Source: Syntrophorhabdaceae bacterium | GTDB taxonomy: Bacteria; Desulfobacterota; Syntrophorhabdia; Syntrophorhabdales; Syntrophorhabdaceae | Assembly (NCBI GenBank): GCA_963665295.1 | Contig: OY762209.1 | Location: 1,920,001-1,984,000 of the forward strand | Direction: 5' to 3' | DNA length: 64,000 nucleotides | Shown here: in pieces, positions 18,070-27,135 of the stretch | Layout: each line of letters starts with the position of its first letter | Numbering within the stretch: position 1 is the first letter of the stretch | Translations under genes and position numbers: made by a program | Notes under the pieces: generated by a model | What the model was told of the DNA's origin: nothing | Seen by the model: the letters and a program-made list of their open reading frames with translations, nothing else | The model's database searches: none

Positions 18070-18140
18070 CCGTCATCCGAATCTTCCCTGAGGGGCCTGT
18101 CCCTTAAAAAGGGGCGGGCCGCGGTTCTTGAAATTCTTCT

Positions 18141-18168
18141 TTGTAAATCCGCCTTTTATCGCTATAAT
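18141..18168 (+). promoter_or_regulatory. sigma70-type promoter of radC
   Basis: TTGTAA, 16 nt, TATAAT, ending 11 nt before the ATG. Confidence 0.45.
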
Positions 18169-18179
18169 GTAGGCGCTCT

Positions 18180-18872
18180 ATGGAAGACTATACCACCTTC
18201 ACCGTCCATGATCTGCCGAAGCCCGAACGGCCGAGGGAGCGGCTTCAGCGATTCGGCTCCGAGGCCCTTTCGTCCCAGGAACTTCTTGCCCTCATAATCG
18301 GGCGGGGCGTATCAAAGCGCTCGGTCATGAGCATCGCCCAGGAACTGATGACCCGGTTCGGAAGCATCAAGGCCCTGGGAGAGGCGACCATAGAGGAGCT
18401 TTCGAGCATCAGGGGCATAGGTATCGCGAAAGCGGCCCAACTCAAGGCCTGCTTTGAACTTGCGAAAAGGCAGGAACTGGAGAAGGACCTCGGCGATTAC
18501 CAGATCACGGACCCCGAGAGCGTGGTGCGGGTGCTCCGGACAAGCATCACGGAAAAGGCCAAGGAACATTTCAAGCTTATTCTCCTCAATACGCGCAACA
18601 AGATCATCCGCATCGGCACCATCTCCGTGGGCACCCTGAACGCGAGCCTCGTCCATCCCCGGGAGGTCTTCAAGGAGGCCCTCATTCACAACGCCTACTC
18701 GGTAATCCTCGCCCACAACCATCCCTCCGGCGACTGCGAACCCTCGGAGGAAGACATCCGCATAACCAAGCGCCTGAGAGACGCGGGCAGCATCATGGGC
18801 GTCGAAGTGCTGGATCACATCATCGTGAGCACCACGAGTTTCTTCAGCTTCAAAGGGAAGGGGCTGATGTAG
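18180..18872 (+). CDS. radC: RadC (HhH plus JAB/MPN domain)
   Basis: ERPRERL, GIGIAKA, HPREVF, HNHPSGD..PS.ED and LDHII motifs. Confidence 0.95.
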   Translation: MEDYTTFTVHDLPKPERPRERLQRFGSEALSSQELLALIIGRGVSKRSVMSIAQELMTRFGSIKALGEATIEELSSIRGIGIAKAAQLKACFELAKRQELEKDLGDYQITDPESVVRVLRTSITEKAKEHFKLILLNTRNKIIRIGTISVGTLNASLVHPREVFKEALIHNAYSVILAHNHPSGDCEPSEEDIRITKRLRDAGSIMGVEVLDHIIVSTTSFFSFKGKGLM

Positions 18873-18913
18873 CTGAAAGCAGTCGGGAGTCAAGGGCCGG
18901 GAAGGGCCCGGCT

Positions 18914-19390
18914 TCAGAACACCCCCGCTTTTACCCCTTCGGCTATGGTCTCGCCCAATTCTATGCAGCGGGACAGGATTTCGGGGGTTATCACTCCTTT
19001 GGCGATGATGGGGTTTTGCACCTTTTTCAGGCGGTATCCCTTTAAGATGCGTTCGATCTGGTTGAGGGCGAAGGTGCCGTCGTTACCCGCGCTGATCACT
19101 ACCGCATAGGGTTTCTTCATTACCCGGACGTCCTCCCGGACGGCCTCGTAGGTCCTGTCGAAAAGGTCCTTGATTGCCCCCGCCATATACCCGAAGTATT
19201 CGGGGGAGCAGATGACCATGGCACTGCAATCCCTCATGTCGTCGGCCGTGGTGTCGCCCGCCCGCTTGAATACCGCTTCCGCGCCTTCCGCCCGGCTGAC
19301 CCCTGACGCCACCGCCTCCGCCATCTTTTGCGTGTTGCCGGTCTGGGAGTGAAACGTCACAAGTATCCTGACCCTGTTTCCTGGTTCCAT
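18914..19390 (-). CDS. Flavodoxin-like / WrbA-family FMN-binding protein
   Basis: HSQTGNTQKMA, SPEYFGYMAGAIKDLFDR and SAGNDG motifs. Confidence 0.85.
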   Translation of the reverse strand: MEPGNRVRILVTFHSQTGNTQKMAEAVASGVSRAEGAEAVFKRAGDTTADDMRDCSAMVICSPEYFGYMAGAIKDLFDRTYEAVREDVRVMKKPYAVVISAGNDGTFALNQIERILKGYRLKKVQNPIIAKGVITPEILSRCIELGETIAEGVKAGVF

Positions 19391-19669
19391 GGTGATGGCT
19401 CTCCTTGATCCGGCCCTGGCCGGGATCGAGCCCGCGCGGGGCCTTGCAGAGATATTGTATCACCTCTTGCGCGGGCTGCAAGGAAAATGTAGTACCACTG
19501 CCCGGGCCTGGAGAGGGGGCAGGTCTCCACGCAACGCGAATCCGTCCACGGACAGGCCTCCAGACTTTCAACCGGTGTGACTCGCTGCGTAATGTATCAT
19601 CTAACTAATTGGAATAACATAATGTTTAAAGACAATCCACCTGGTGAAATATTCCGTTCGGTCGGAATT

Positions 19670-19696
19670 TAAGACAATGCGTCAATCGGACGATAA
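19670..19696 (+). promoter_or_regulatory. sigma28 (FliA)-type promoter of the MCP gene
   Basis: TAAG-N15-GACGATAA against the consensus TAAA-N15-GCCGATAA, about 50 nt upstream of an MCP. Confidence 0.55.
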
Positions 19697-19748
19697 GCAC
19701 TTCTGTATGAACTGGATAGCAACAAAATAATCTTGTCCGGAGGCAGAC

Positions 19749-21665
19749 GTGCAGATCTCTTACATCAATAAGTTACCCCTGTCAAAGAAGATAGTGGGGA
19801 CAATCATATTTGCCGTGTTGTTTACGAGTATTATCATCTCTCTCACAGGCTATTTCATTCTTTCCCGTCACCTCAACCAACAGGCAAAGAAAGAGGTCAT
19901 GACCGCTTCATGGGTCGTCGAATCGCACCATAACCTCCTGAAGGAGAAAGTCCTCATGACCGCCTCGCTGCTCGCGGGTAACCCGAGCGTGGCAACGGCC
20001 CTGAAGGAGGGGAAGGGTGAATTTCTCCGGGAACTGGCCGGGAACATCGTAAAGGAACAGGAGGGGATGCTCATTACCATTGCCGATAAAGACGGAGTTG
20101 TTGTGGCGCGCGGCCATTCCGACAAGAAAGGCGACAGCGTCGTCAACCAGATAAACGTGAAAAAGGCCCTCGCCGGTGAAGCTTCCACAGGCATAGAAGA
20201 GGGGACGGTGGTGAAACTCTCGCTTCGCGCGGGTTACCCTGTGAAGGTGGGGGGCGAGATCGTGGGGTCCATCACTACCGGGATCAACCTCTCCTCGGAC
20301 AATGGTTTTGTGGATGCCATGAAAAAGCAGCTCGGCACGGAATGTACCATCTTTCATAACGACACGAGGGTCTCTACCACCATAATGAAGGACGGCAAAC
20401 GGATGACGGGGACAAAGATGGACAATCCCGTGGTCATCGACACGGTATTGGCCAAAGGCAGAACCTTCCACAACATAAACACCATAATGGGGAAACCCTA
20501 CGACACGGTGTACCTGCCCCTCACGGGAGCCGGAGGGCAGATCATCGGTATGCTCTTCATAGGAAAGGACCGGGGTCACATCACCAAGGCCTATACGGGT
20601 ATCATCGTGTCTCTCCTGATCGCCATATGCGTCACCGCGGCCCTGTTGATCACTGCGGGTATCTTTGTGACCCGCTCCATTGTGCGACCCATAAACAACG
20701 TGGCCGAAGTCTTCAAGGGAGTGGCGAACGGCGATCTGACAAAGAGAACGGAAGTGGAGTCCCGCGACGAAATAGGCCGGATCGGCTCATACCTTAACCG
20801 TTCGGTGGATAACCTCCACGGGATCATCGCCAAGGTCGGGGAGAGCAGCACAAGGATTTCGTCCACGGCAAACACCCTTGACGCCGCCGCCGCGGAGATG
20901 GCAGGCGCCATCGAGCGGGCCGCGTCCCAGGCGGATTCGGTTGCCACAGCGAGCGAAGAGATGTCCACAACCTCCACGGAAATTGCGCAGAACTGCGTTA
21001 AGGCCGCAAGAAGCTCCGAGAAAGCCCATAGTTCCGCCGTTACCGGGGCAAAGATCATCGAGAGGACCATAGAGGTGATGAACCGCGTGAACGGGAGGGA
21101 GAAGGAGTCTGCGGCCATCATAATCAACCTCGGAAAACGATCGGACCAGATAGGCCAGGTCATTGAACTGATAAACGACATTGCCGAACAGACCAACCTC
21201 CTGGCCCTGAACGCCGCGATAGAGGCTGCCCGCGCCGGTGAACACGGGAGGGGGTTTGCCGTGGTTGCCGACGAAGTGCGTAAGCTCGCGGAACGGACGG
21301 CTCAGGCAACGAAGGAGATCGGGAGTACCATCGAGACCATGCAGTCCGAGACACGCAGCGCGGTGATTTCCATGGAGGAAGGGGTCGCGGAAGTGGAGCT
21401 CGGCACCAAGGAGACGTTGAAATCAGGCGACGCCCTGAAGGACATCCTCCAACAGGTGAGCACCGCGAGCGCTGAGATCAACCAGATCGCCGTCGCATCG
21501 GAACAACAGACTTCGACTGTCAACGAGATCGCGAACAACATCCAGGAGGTTTCCGGGGTAATGCAGAAAATGGCCGGGAGGATACAGGACAACACGGGGG
21601 AGTACTCGGACCTGTCAGGCCTCTCCAGGGAACTTGAAAAACTGATAAAACGCTTCACGGTCTAG
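19749..21665 (+). CDS. Methyl-accepting chemotaxis protein (Cache, HAMP)
   Basis: Two TM segments, a Cache-like periplasmic region, HAMP (RDEIG) and [34 protein letters not shown]. Confidence 0.95.
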   Translation: MQISYINKLPLSKKIVGTIIFAVLFTSIIISLTGYFILSRHLNQQAKKEVMTASWVVESHHNLLKEKVLMTASLLAGNPSVATALKEGKGEFLRELAGNIVKEQEGMLITIADKDGVVVARGHSDKKGDSVVNQINVKKALAGEASTGIEEGTVVKLSLRAGYPVKVGGEIVGSITTGINLSSDNGFVDAMKKQLGTECTIFHNDTRVSTTIMKDGKRMTGTKMDNPVVIDTVLAKGRTFHNINTIMGKPYDTVYLPLTGAGGQIIGMLFIGKDRGHITKAYTGIIVSLLIAICVTAALLITAGIFVTRSIVRPINNVAEVFKGVANGDLTKRTEVESRDEIGRIGSYLNRSVDNLHGIIAKVGESSTRISSTANTLDAAAAEMAGAIERAASQADSVATASEEMSTTSTEIAQNCVKAARSSEKAHSSAVTGAKIIERTIEVMNRVNGREKESAAIIINLGKRSDQIGQVIELINDIAEQTNLLALNAAIEAARAGEHGRGFAVVADEVRKLAERTAQATKEIGSTIETMQSETRSAVISMEEGVAEVELGTKETLKSGDALKDILQQVSTASAEINQIAVASEQQTSTVNEIANNIQEVSGVMQKMAGRIQDNTGEYSDLSGLSRELEKLIKRFTV

Positions 21666-21692
21666 CGTCGAAAAGCAAGGCGCATTCCTGAC

Positions 21693-21730
21693 AACCGCCC
21701 CGCCCGCCTTCATTGCGGACGGGGCGGTTT
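21693..21730 (+). terminator. Putative intrinsic terminator after the MCP
   Basis: aaccgccccgcccgc...gcggacggggcggttt hairpin. Confidence 0.45.
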
Positions 21731-21878
21731 CGCGACGTGGTGCGCCGCCTGCCCGCCCACTGGCGGAAGGCCCTTACCGGTGTTATATTCTATCCATGAT
21801 GACCCGGGCCGGCTCGCGTTTCGCAACGGTTGACGAGACCTCTCCTCTTCCCCGGAAATCGCAAAAAGGGGTGTGCTT

Positions 21879-22286
21879 ATGAAGAAATATATCTTGACTG
21901 TGGTGCTCACGCTCATTGCTCTTACCTCGGGCATGGCAAGGGCACAAGACCCGCACATGATGACAAAGGAGCAGCTTGTTCCCATGCTGGGGAAGGCCGG
22001 TGTAATCATCATCGACGTGCGGACGAAATATGACTGGGATAGCAGTAAGGTGAAGATCCCCGGGGCCGTGAGGGAAGAAGGCATGAGATTCGCCTCGTGG
22101 ATGAAGAAGTACCCCAAGGACAAAACAATCGTCTTCTACTGTGCCTGAGTGAACGATACGGCAAGTGTCAGTTTGACACAGGCATTTCTGAAAGCGGGAT
22201 ATGAAAAGGTTTACTATCTGAAAGGCGGCGTAAGGGGCGCATGGGAAGACTGGACAAAGGCCAGTTGCCCTACGGAGCCCAAGTAG
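21879..22286 (+). CDS. Exported rhodanese-related selenoprotein (in-frame UGA at 22146-22148)
   Basis: Signal peptide, IIDVR, IPGA, IVFYCA-TGA. The same frame then continues VNDTASVSLTQAFLKAGYEKVYYLKGG...W...PTEPK to TAG 22284-22286, completing the rhodanese fold. Confidence 0.78.
22149..22184 (+). promoter_or_regulatory. Candidate bacterial SECIS element
   Basis: Stem GTGTCA (22165-22170) / TGACAC (22174-22179) with a G-leading loop GTT, starting 16 nt after the UGA. Confidence 0.55.
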
Positions 22287-22317
22287 CCGGTTGCGGTGAA
22301 CCGTCCGGAACCCCTTC

Positions 22318-22809
22318 TCACCAGACGAGGTTGAGCGTGTCGCGCCATTTCGCGGAAAGCCTCGTGCCGAGGGACACCCAATGGCGGCTCTTAGAGGGCG
22401 AGAAAAGGACCGCCGCCGACAGCAGGGATATGGCAGGGTCCAGATAGATGCTCCACGACGCCATGGTAGAGCCGATCGCCCCGAAACAGCCGCACTCTAC
22501 GTCCATCCCCCGTGAGAGGAGGATGGCCTTGGTGATCAGGAATGAAATACCCAGCAAGCCTACGCCGAGGGCGCACAAGCGGGTGAGCACGCCCAGGAGC
22601 AAGCCGAGGCCTGTGGCCAGCTCAATGAAGGGAAGGGCCCAACCGAAGGCGATGGCGAGCGGTCCCGGCAGTATGTCCATGTTGTAGACCATGGCCACCG
22701 AGTAATGCCGGATATCGACGAACTTCCCGAATGACGAGACGAGAAAAGTGACGGCGAGAATCACACGGCAGGCAAGTATGATGTGCCGGTTTTCCAGTAT
22801 CTTGTTCAT
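22318..22809 (-). CDS. MauE/DoxX family redox-associated membrane protein
   Basis: Four TM segments, LPFIEL..GL.LLLG and RGMDVECGCFG. SD ggag precedes ATG 22809. Confidence 0.85.
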   Translation of the reverse strand: MNKILENRHIILACRVILAVTFLVSSFGKFVDIRHYSVAMVYNMDILPGPLAIAFGWALPFIELATGLGLLLGVLTRLCALGVGLLGISFLITKAILLSRGMDVECGCFGAIGSTMASWSIYLDPAISLLSAAVLFSPSKSRHWVSLGTRLSAKWRDTLNLVW

Positions 22810-23075
22810 AGTGAACACTCCAGAGGGAAATCCTTCATATTTTGCTTCTTTTCCATAACCTCACCAGGTCCTCATATACGTGTCCGGACAAGGGCATATA
22901 TTGCCCGGGGAAATTCACGAAGAATTGATTCGCAAACCTCATATATAAGGTGGGTCCCGTTCTTGCCGAATGCAAGGGTGCAACGGGGCAAGATGTGCGC
23001 GGGAGTGAAAGGGGGGAGGGACGCGGGAGTCCAGGGATATGAGACAAAGCGGAAGCGGGTTATACGTTTGGGGGA

Positions 23076-23341
23076 AGGCGGTTGGGGAGGGGGCTTCCCG
23101 GCGGACTTCGCGGCGCTCCGGTTTTACCCTTTGCGCGGTTCCGCTGCCCTCGATGCTCAGTGCGCAGGGAGTTTCAATATAAATGTCCATTGGCAGCCCG
23201 CAAAGCCTGCCGGTTATGACGAGCCTGATCCTCCTGTCCGGCGCATCGTGCCGCGAAAGGCGCGGCACCGGTCACCGGAGCCGGCAGGGTCCCAAAACCT
23301 CCACGAAGCTCGCCGCCGCGAAACCCCCTCCCCAACCGCCT
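23076..23341. repeat. 266-bp non-coding element with long terminal inverted repeats (MITE-like or structured RNA)
   Basis: aggcggttggggaggggg (23076-23093) is the perfect reverse complement of 23324-23341; the match extends to 29 bp with 2 mismatches. Internal hairpin gtgccgcg-aaagg-cgcggcac. Confidence 0.6.
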
Positions 23342-23611
23342 AGATAGAAGGGGGTAGGCGGAGGGTATTACTGATTGATATCTGTGAGTTGGAGATGACG
23401 TCTTCTGAGCAGATGTTCGCACGTTTCCGCGGTGCGCTTTGACGGTCTTATATGTTTCATAGTTCGTTTCAATAAAAAGATTACTTAGCGGTGAACGAAA
23501 TCGAGTATAATGTAGCAAGAGCGGTTGTGAAATGTCAGCGAGGTTAAGGGAGGGGAAATCAATACTAAAACACCGCAGGTAGTAGAGAATTTAGATAACC
23601 TCGATGTCACG

Positions 23612-25330
23612 GTGCACTCTAATGAAAGAGCCTTTTCGAGTCTAGGTGCTATATATACACCGGTCGAATTCGCCGGTTTTCTCGTAAAATGGGCTGTTCA
23701 AACCGCCCAGCAAAAAGTGCTGGATGTGGGCATCGGCGATGGCGTTTTTGTATTCAAGACATTCGAACGATTGATTCAACTTCGTTCTGATCACAAAACC
23801 GCACAGGAACAAATATTCGGTTCCGAAATTGACTGTACGACTTACAATCGGTTCCTGGACTTGTGTACTCGCAAGGGACTGCATTTTCCTCATTTACGTA
23901 GCGCAGATTTTTTTACTCTTGAGTTCCCTATGGTTGATGCGATCGTGGGGAATCCTCCTTACGTAAGACGAGCGGCAATCCAGGACGTAGACGACATACG
24001 TAGCTCCATCTTTGAACGGGATGGTTTGATCGGCAAGAATTTATCGAGATTAACCGATTTATGCGTCTACTTCCTGTTATACGCCTGCCAATTTCTTAAG
24101 GTAGGCGGAAGACTTGCGGTCATAACTGCTGATTCTTGGTTGGATGTGGGTTACGGAGAGGGGTTTAAAAAGTACCTACGAGACAACTTTGAAATTGAGC
24201 GACTTATTGCTGTTGACAGGCAGGTTTTTCGAAATACTGAAGTCAAGCCGGTATTAATCCTTGCAACAAAGACCGCCGCTCAGAAAGGTTTAGGTAGCAC
24301 TTACTTCGTAAGGCTAAAGAACGGTTTGTCAATTGACCATGGAATGCGCACAGAAGAGACCACCGGAGAAAATGACTTAATTTGTTCTCGAATCCAAACC
24401 TCAGAGATGGATGAGCGTAGTTCCTGGAGCTTTCACTTTAAGAAAGCCTCCGAATTCAACTTCCTCGCAAGCCATAAACTAATGGTCGCAATGGAGAGCG
24501 TTGCACAGACAAGAATTGGTGTGCAGACTCTCGCCAAACCTTTTTTTATTCTATCAACGGAACGAGCAAGAGAATTGAACCTCGAGCCACGTTTTCTCGA
24601 AACAATCGCTTTGTCTCTCAGGTATTTTGCTTCACCCGTCATAGAATCCCGGTCAGAGAGTCCCCACATGTTGTTTTATTGTTCTGATCCAAAGGAGAGT
24701 TTGAAGGGGACTAATGCTCTGGCTTACATCTTGGATGGGGAATCGGTGGAGGTACCGATAAGGGGGAAAGCCACCCGGGTCAAGGGTTACCACTCTAAAG
24801 ATCGTATCGTTCGGTCGTCTCGAAGACAATGGTATGACCTTAAGACGTCCATAGAAAGACGCGGTCGGGCAGCTATCTTAATTCCAAGACTGATCTACAA
24901 GACATATCGTGTGATATGGAACAAAGCCAGCCTGGTGCCCGGGGAGCTCTTTATTGAATTTCTACCATTTTCGGCCATTATTAGGCCGGAGGTCCACCTA
25001 GCTATTCTGTCAAGCTCTCTGACTGAAACCATGTTGCGAATACGGACCCACGTATACGGCGGCGGGACATATAACATAAACCCGGGGCAGATTGGTAAAA
25101 CTCCAGTGCTTAATGCGGAAGTCATAGATGAACAACAACGGGACGATTTGTGTCGAGCATATACGGAGTATGTCTGTGGAAAAGGCCGAGAGGCGATAGA
25201 TACAATCGTCTATCGCATATTGGGGATTGACGAACGCCAGCGAGAAAGGCTGGAGACGATGTTGAAAGATTTACTTCTGATAGCGACGTCCGCCAAGAAG
25301 CCGCATTTAGCGAATCCACATAGTGTCTAG
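23612..25330 (+). CDS. N6-adenine DNA methyltransferase (gamma class, Eco57I-like) with a C-terminal target-recognition region
   Basis: LGAIYTP, motif I VLDVGIGDGVF, motif IV VGNPPYVR, LKVGGRLAVI and SWLDVGYG. No nuclease domain seen. Confidence 0.88.
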   Translation: MHSNERAFSSLGAIYTPVEFAGFLVKWAVQTAQQKVLDVGIGDGVFVFKTFERLIQLRSDHKTAQEQIFGSEIDCTTYNRFLDLCTRKGLHFPHLRSADFFTLEFPMVDAIVGNPPYVRRAAIQDVDDIRSSIFERDGLIGKNLSRLTDLCVYFLLYACQFLKVGGRLAVITADSWLDVGYGEGFKKYLRDNFEIERLIAVDRQVFRNTEVKPVLILATKTAAQKGLGSTYFVRLKNGLSIDHGMRTEETTGENDLICSRIQTSEMDERSSWSFHFKKASEFNFLASHKLMVAMESVAQTRIGVQTLAKPFFILSTERARELNLEPRFLETIALSLRYFASPVIESRSESPHMLFYCSDPKESLKGTNALAYILDGESVEVPIRGKATRVKGYHSKDRIVRSSRRQWYDLKTSIERRGRAAILIPRLIYKTYRVIWNKASLVPGELFIEFLPFSAIIRPEVHLAILSSSLTETMLRIRTHVYGGGTYNINPGQIGKTPVLNAEVIDEQQRDDLCRAYTEYVCGKGREAIDTIVYRILGIDERQRERLETMLKDLLLIATSAKKPHLANPHSV

Positions 25331-26068
25331 CAAAGATTCCTTATTTGTTATTGCTGTCAGGCATTCCGTATAATAGTCTTTGAGCATTAAGTCTTGATAT
25401 TGGATTATTTCCATCCGCCATTCGCCTTTCTTTCTAATCTCTATGTATTTGTCCCAAAAAAAATTTGCGGCAATCAACTGGCATGTCAAGAAAAGTTCCA
25501 TAGGCCTATGCTCGAGTCTCGGGAGATTAACCTTCTTTGGATGCCAACATAGTTCATATTCTTCCGGTACTCCTCCGAATTGAAGGTGAAATTTAGGCCC
25601 GCACTTCTGCTCTGAATCTGCTCTGTCCAAATGAAATCGAGAGACCACGCGACCAGATTGATTTCTCTCCGGATCAGAGAGCCTTTCCTGCACGTGAGCT
25701 GAATCCCTATTTTGATCAAATATGGTTTCTTCATGTGTGCTCCAGATGCGCACTTTTATATCCTGCTTGACCGGGGCATTACTGTCTTCCCATCTGATAT
25801 CACAGTATACATCAACCTGAACCTTAATTCCGTTAGGAATTTGGATTGGTTTGAATTTCAGAGGTTGGGCGTGGTCTATGGTGTATCCCCAAGGTTCCGG
25901 GGTAAAGCCACGCGTGCGATTCCTTTGGGCATAGTCATACTCCTTCTTTGTTGTCTCAACTTGGGCTTGAGCCGCAGGGAGTACAATTTGATGACTACTG
26001 TCCAAAATCTCGTTATACACCTTTCCCACGTGCCTTAGTGAGGTCCCAACCCTTCTGGCATCCATCAT
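25307..26068 (-). CDS. Hypothetical protein, third gene of the kinase-receiver operon
   Basis: ATGA overlap with the receiver stop at 26065-26068. RFHLD...GPKFHLQFGG...PRLEHRPME core. Confidence 0.75.
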   Translation of the reverse strand: MMDARRVGTSLRHVGKVYNEILDSSHQIVLPAAQAQVETTKKEYDYAQRNRTRGFTPEPWGYTIDHAQPLKFKPIQIPNGIKVQVDVYCDIRWEDSNAPVKQDIKVRIWSTHEETIFDQNRDSAHVQERLSDPERNQSGRVVSRFHLDRADSEQKCGPKFHLQFGGVPEEYELCWHPKKVNLPRLEHRPMELFLTCQLIAANFFWDKYIEIRKKGEWRMEIIQYQDLMLKDYYTECLTAITNKESLLDTMWIR

Positions 26069-27135
26069 TTTTGCGACTCCCACAAGTCATTGACTATCCG
26101 GAGCCCGTCAGGGTCAACATGATCTTCATCGAAATTAGGCGATTCTTTGATCGCTTTAAAAGAAACTCGTGCCTGATCCATAATGGCTGGTCTGGCGTCT
26201 GGATAATACGGTATAGAGTTTTGTTGTTTGACGGGCATATTCAGAATATAGCAGACCCAATCCGCAATGGGGCTCCCATCAACAAGGCACATCGCGGGAT
26301 CAAGGGTGTCGGGATATTTCATGTGGTAGGCTTTTGCGAATTGCTCAGAGATACTGCCAGTCAACTTTTCACTGGAGATCAATATCTGTGCGATACTGAA
26401 AAGCCTACCACGCCACCATCGTTCACGATAATCGCCGAAAATACCCTTGTATCTTGATGCCTCCACAATCTCTTGAACTCTCTCTGAGCGAAACGATTCA
26501 AGACTGATTCCCAATCGAGTTGCTGCAGTCAAATCGTCGTAAAGTATACCTGGATATCTAAGAACCACATTGCGTAGCCAGTTAGCGGTCTGAGGAACAT
26601 TCCAGACACCCTTTACAACAGGCAATCCTGTTTCCTTCAGCAGATCTACCTCATCTTCCTCGGCCTGGATGAGTTTCAAAACGGCCTTCCAATCCTGGCC
26701 TTGTATCGCGTCAAGGCCCTTAAATCCAGTAATTAGGTCCACGATTTGATTTCTGACTTTGTCAGCGTCCTGATAAATGTCATCCTTATACACAATCAGG
26801 TCCACATCGGTGCTATTCATCAACCGCTGTACGTTCCCAGTAATAACCTCTGGCTTCGTCACCATCACTATGGGGCAGGCGGGATTTCTCATTCGGACTT
26901 CGGCGGCCAAAGTGCTGCCGAAATAGTCGATGGGCTTACCGTCTATGGATGCAGTTGACAAGTCGTGATCTATCAATAGCATATCCGCGCTGTTGGTTAG
27001 ATTCGCAAAGTTTTCTGGAGGTTCAATTAACTCGACCTCGAGGCCACCGGACTCGTTCAATAGCTCCTGCACCTTATGGGCGAAGCGACCCCGTTCAAAG
27101 ACTTCGTCGTCGATATAAATCACCTTATATGCCAT
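26065..27135 (-). CDS. Receiver-domain protein with a long uncharacterised C-terminal region
   Basis: VIYIDDE, LLIDHDL (phospho-Asp), IVMVT and VYK motifs. The start overlaps the kinase stop. Confidence 0.82.
   Translation of the reverse strand: MAYKVIYIDDEVFERGRFAHKVQELLNESGGLEVELIEPPENFANLTNSADMLLIDHDLSTASIDGKPIDYFGSTLAAEVRMRNPACPIVMVTKPEVITGNVQRLMNSTDVDLIVYKDDIYQDADKVRNQIVDLITGFKGLDAIQGQDWKAVLKLIQAEEDEVDLLKETGLPVVKGVWNVPQTANWLRNVVLRYPGILYDDLTAATRLGISLESFRSERVQEIVEASRYKGIFGDYRERWWRGRLFSIAQILISSEKLTGSISEQFAKAYHMKYPDTLDPAMCLVDGSPIADWVCYILNMPVKQQNSIPYYPDARPAIMDQARVSFKAIKESPNFDEDHVDPDGLRIVNDLWESQK

Noticed and set aside
14510..18872. Ubiquitin-like protein plus JAB domain as a bacterial ubiquitination or defence system
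   Set aside because: The GG-ending protein is coupled to TtuA (tRNA thiolation), radC is the ordinary HhH-JAB type beside mreB, and no E1/E2 gene is present.
21873..22148. Rhodanese called as a truncated 91-aa ORF or pseudogene
   Set aside because: The TGA falls in the active-site loop, the domain continues in frame, and a SECIS-like hairpin follows, so selenocysteine is the better reading.
22783..23518. ORFs of 70-186 aa across the inverted-repeat element
   Set aside because: Low-complexity Arg/Gly/Pro-rich translations with no SD or domain features.
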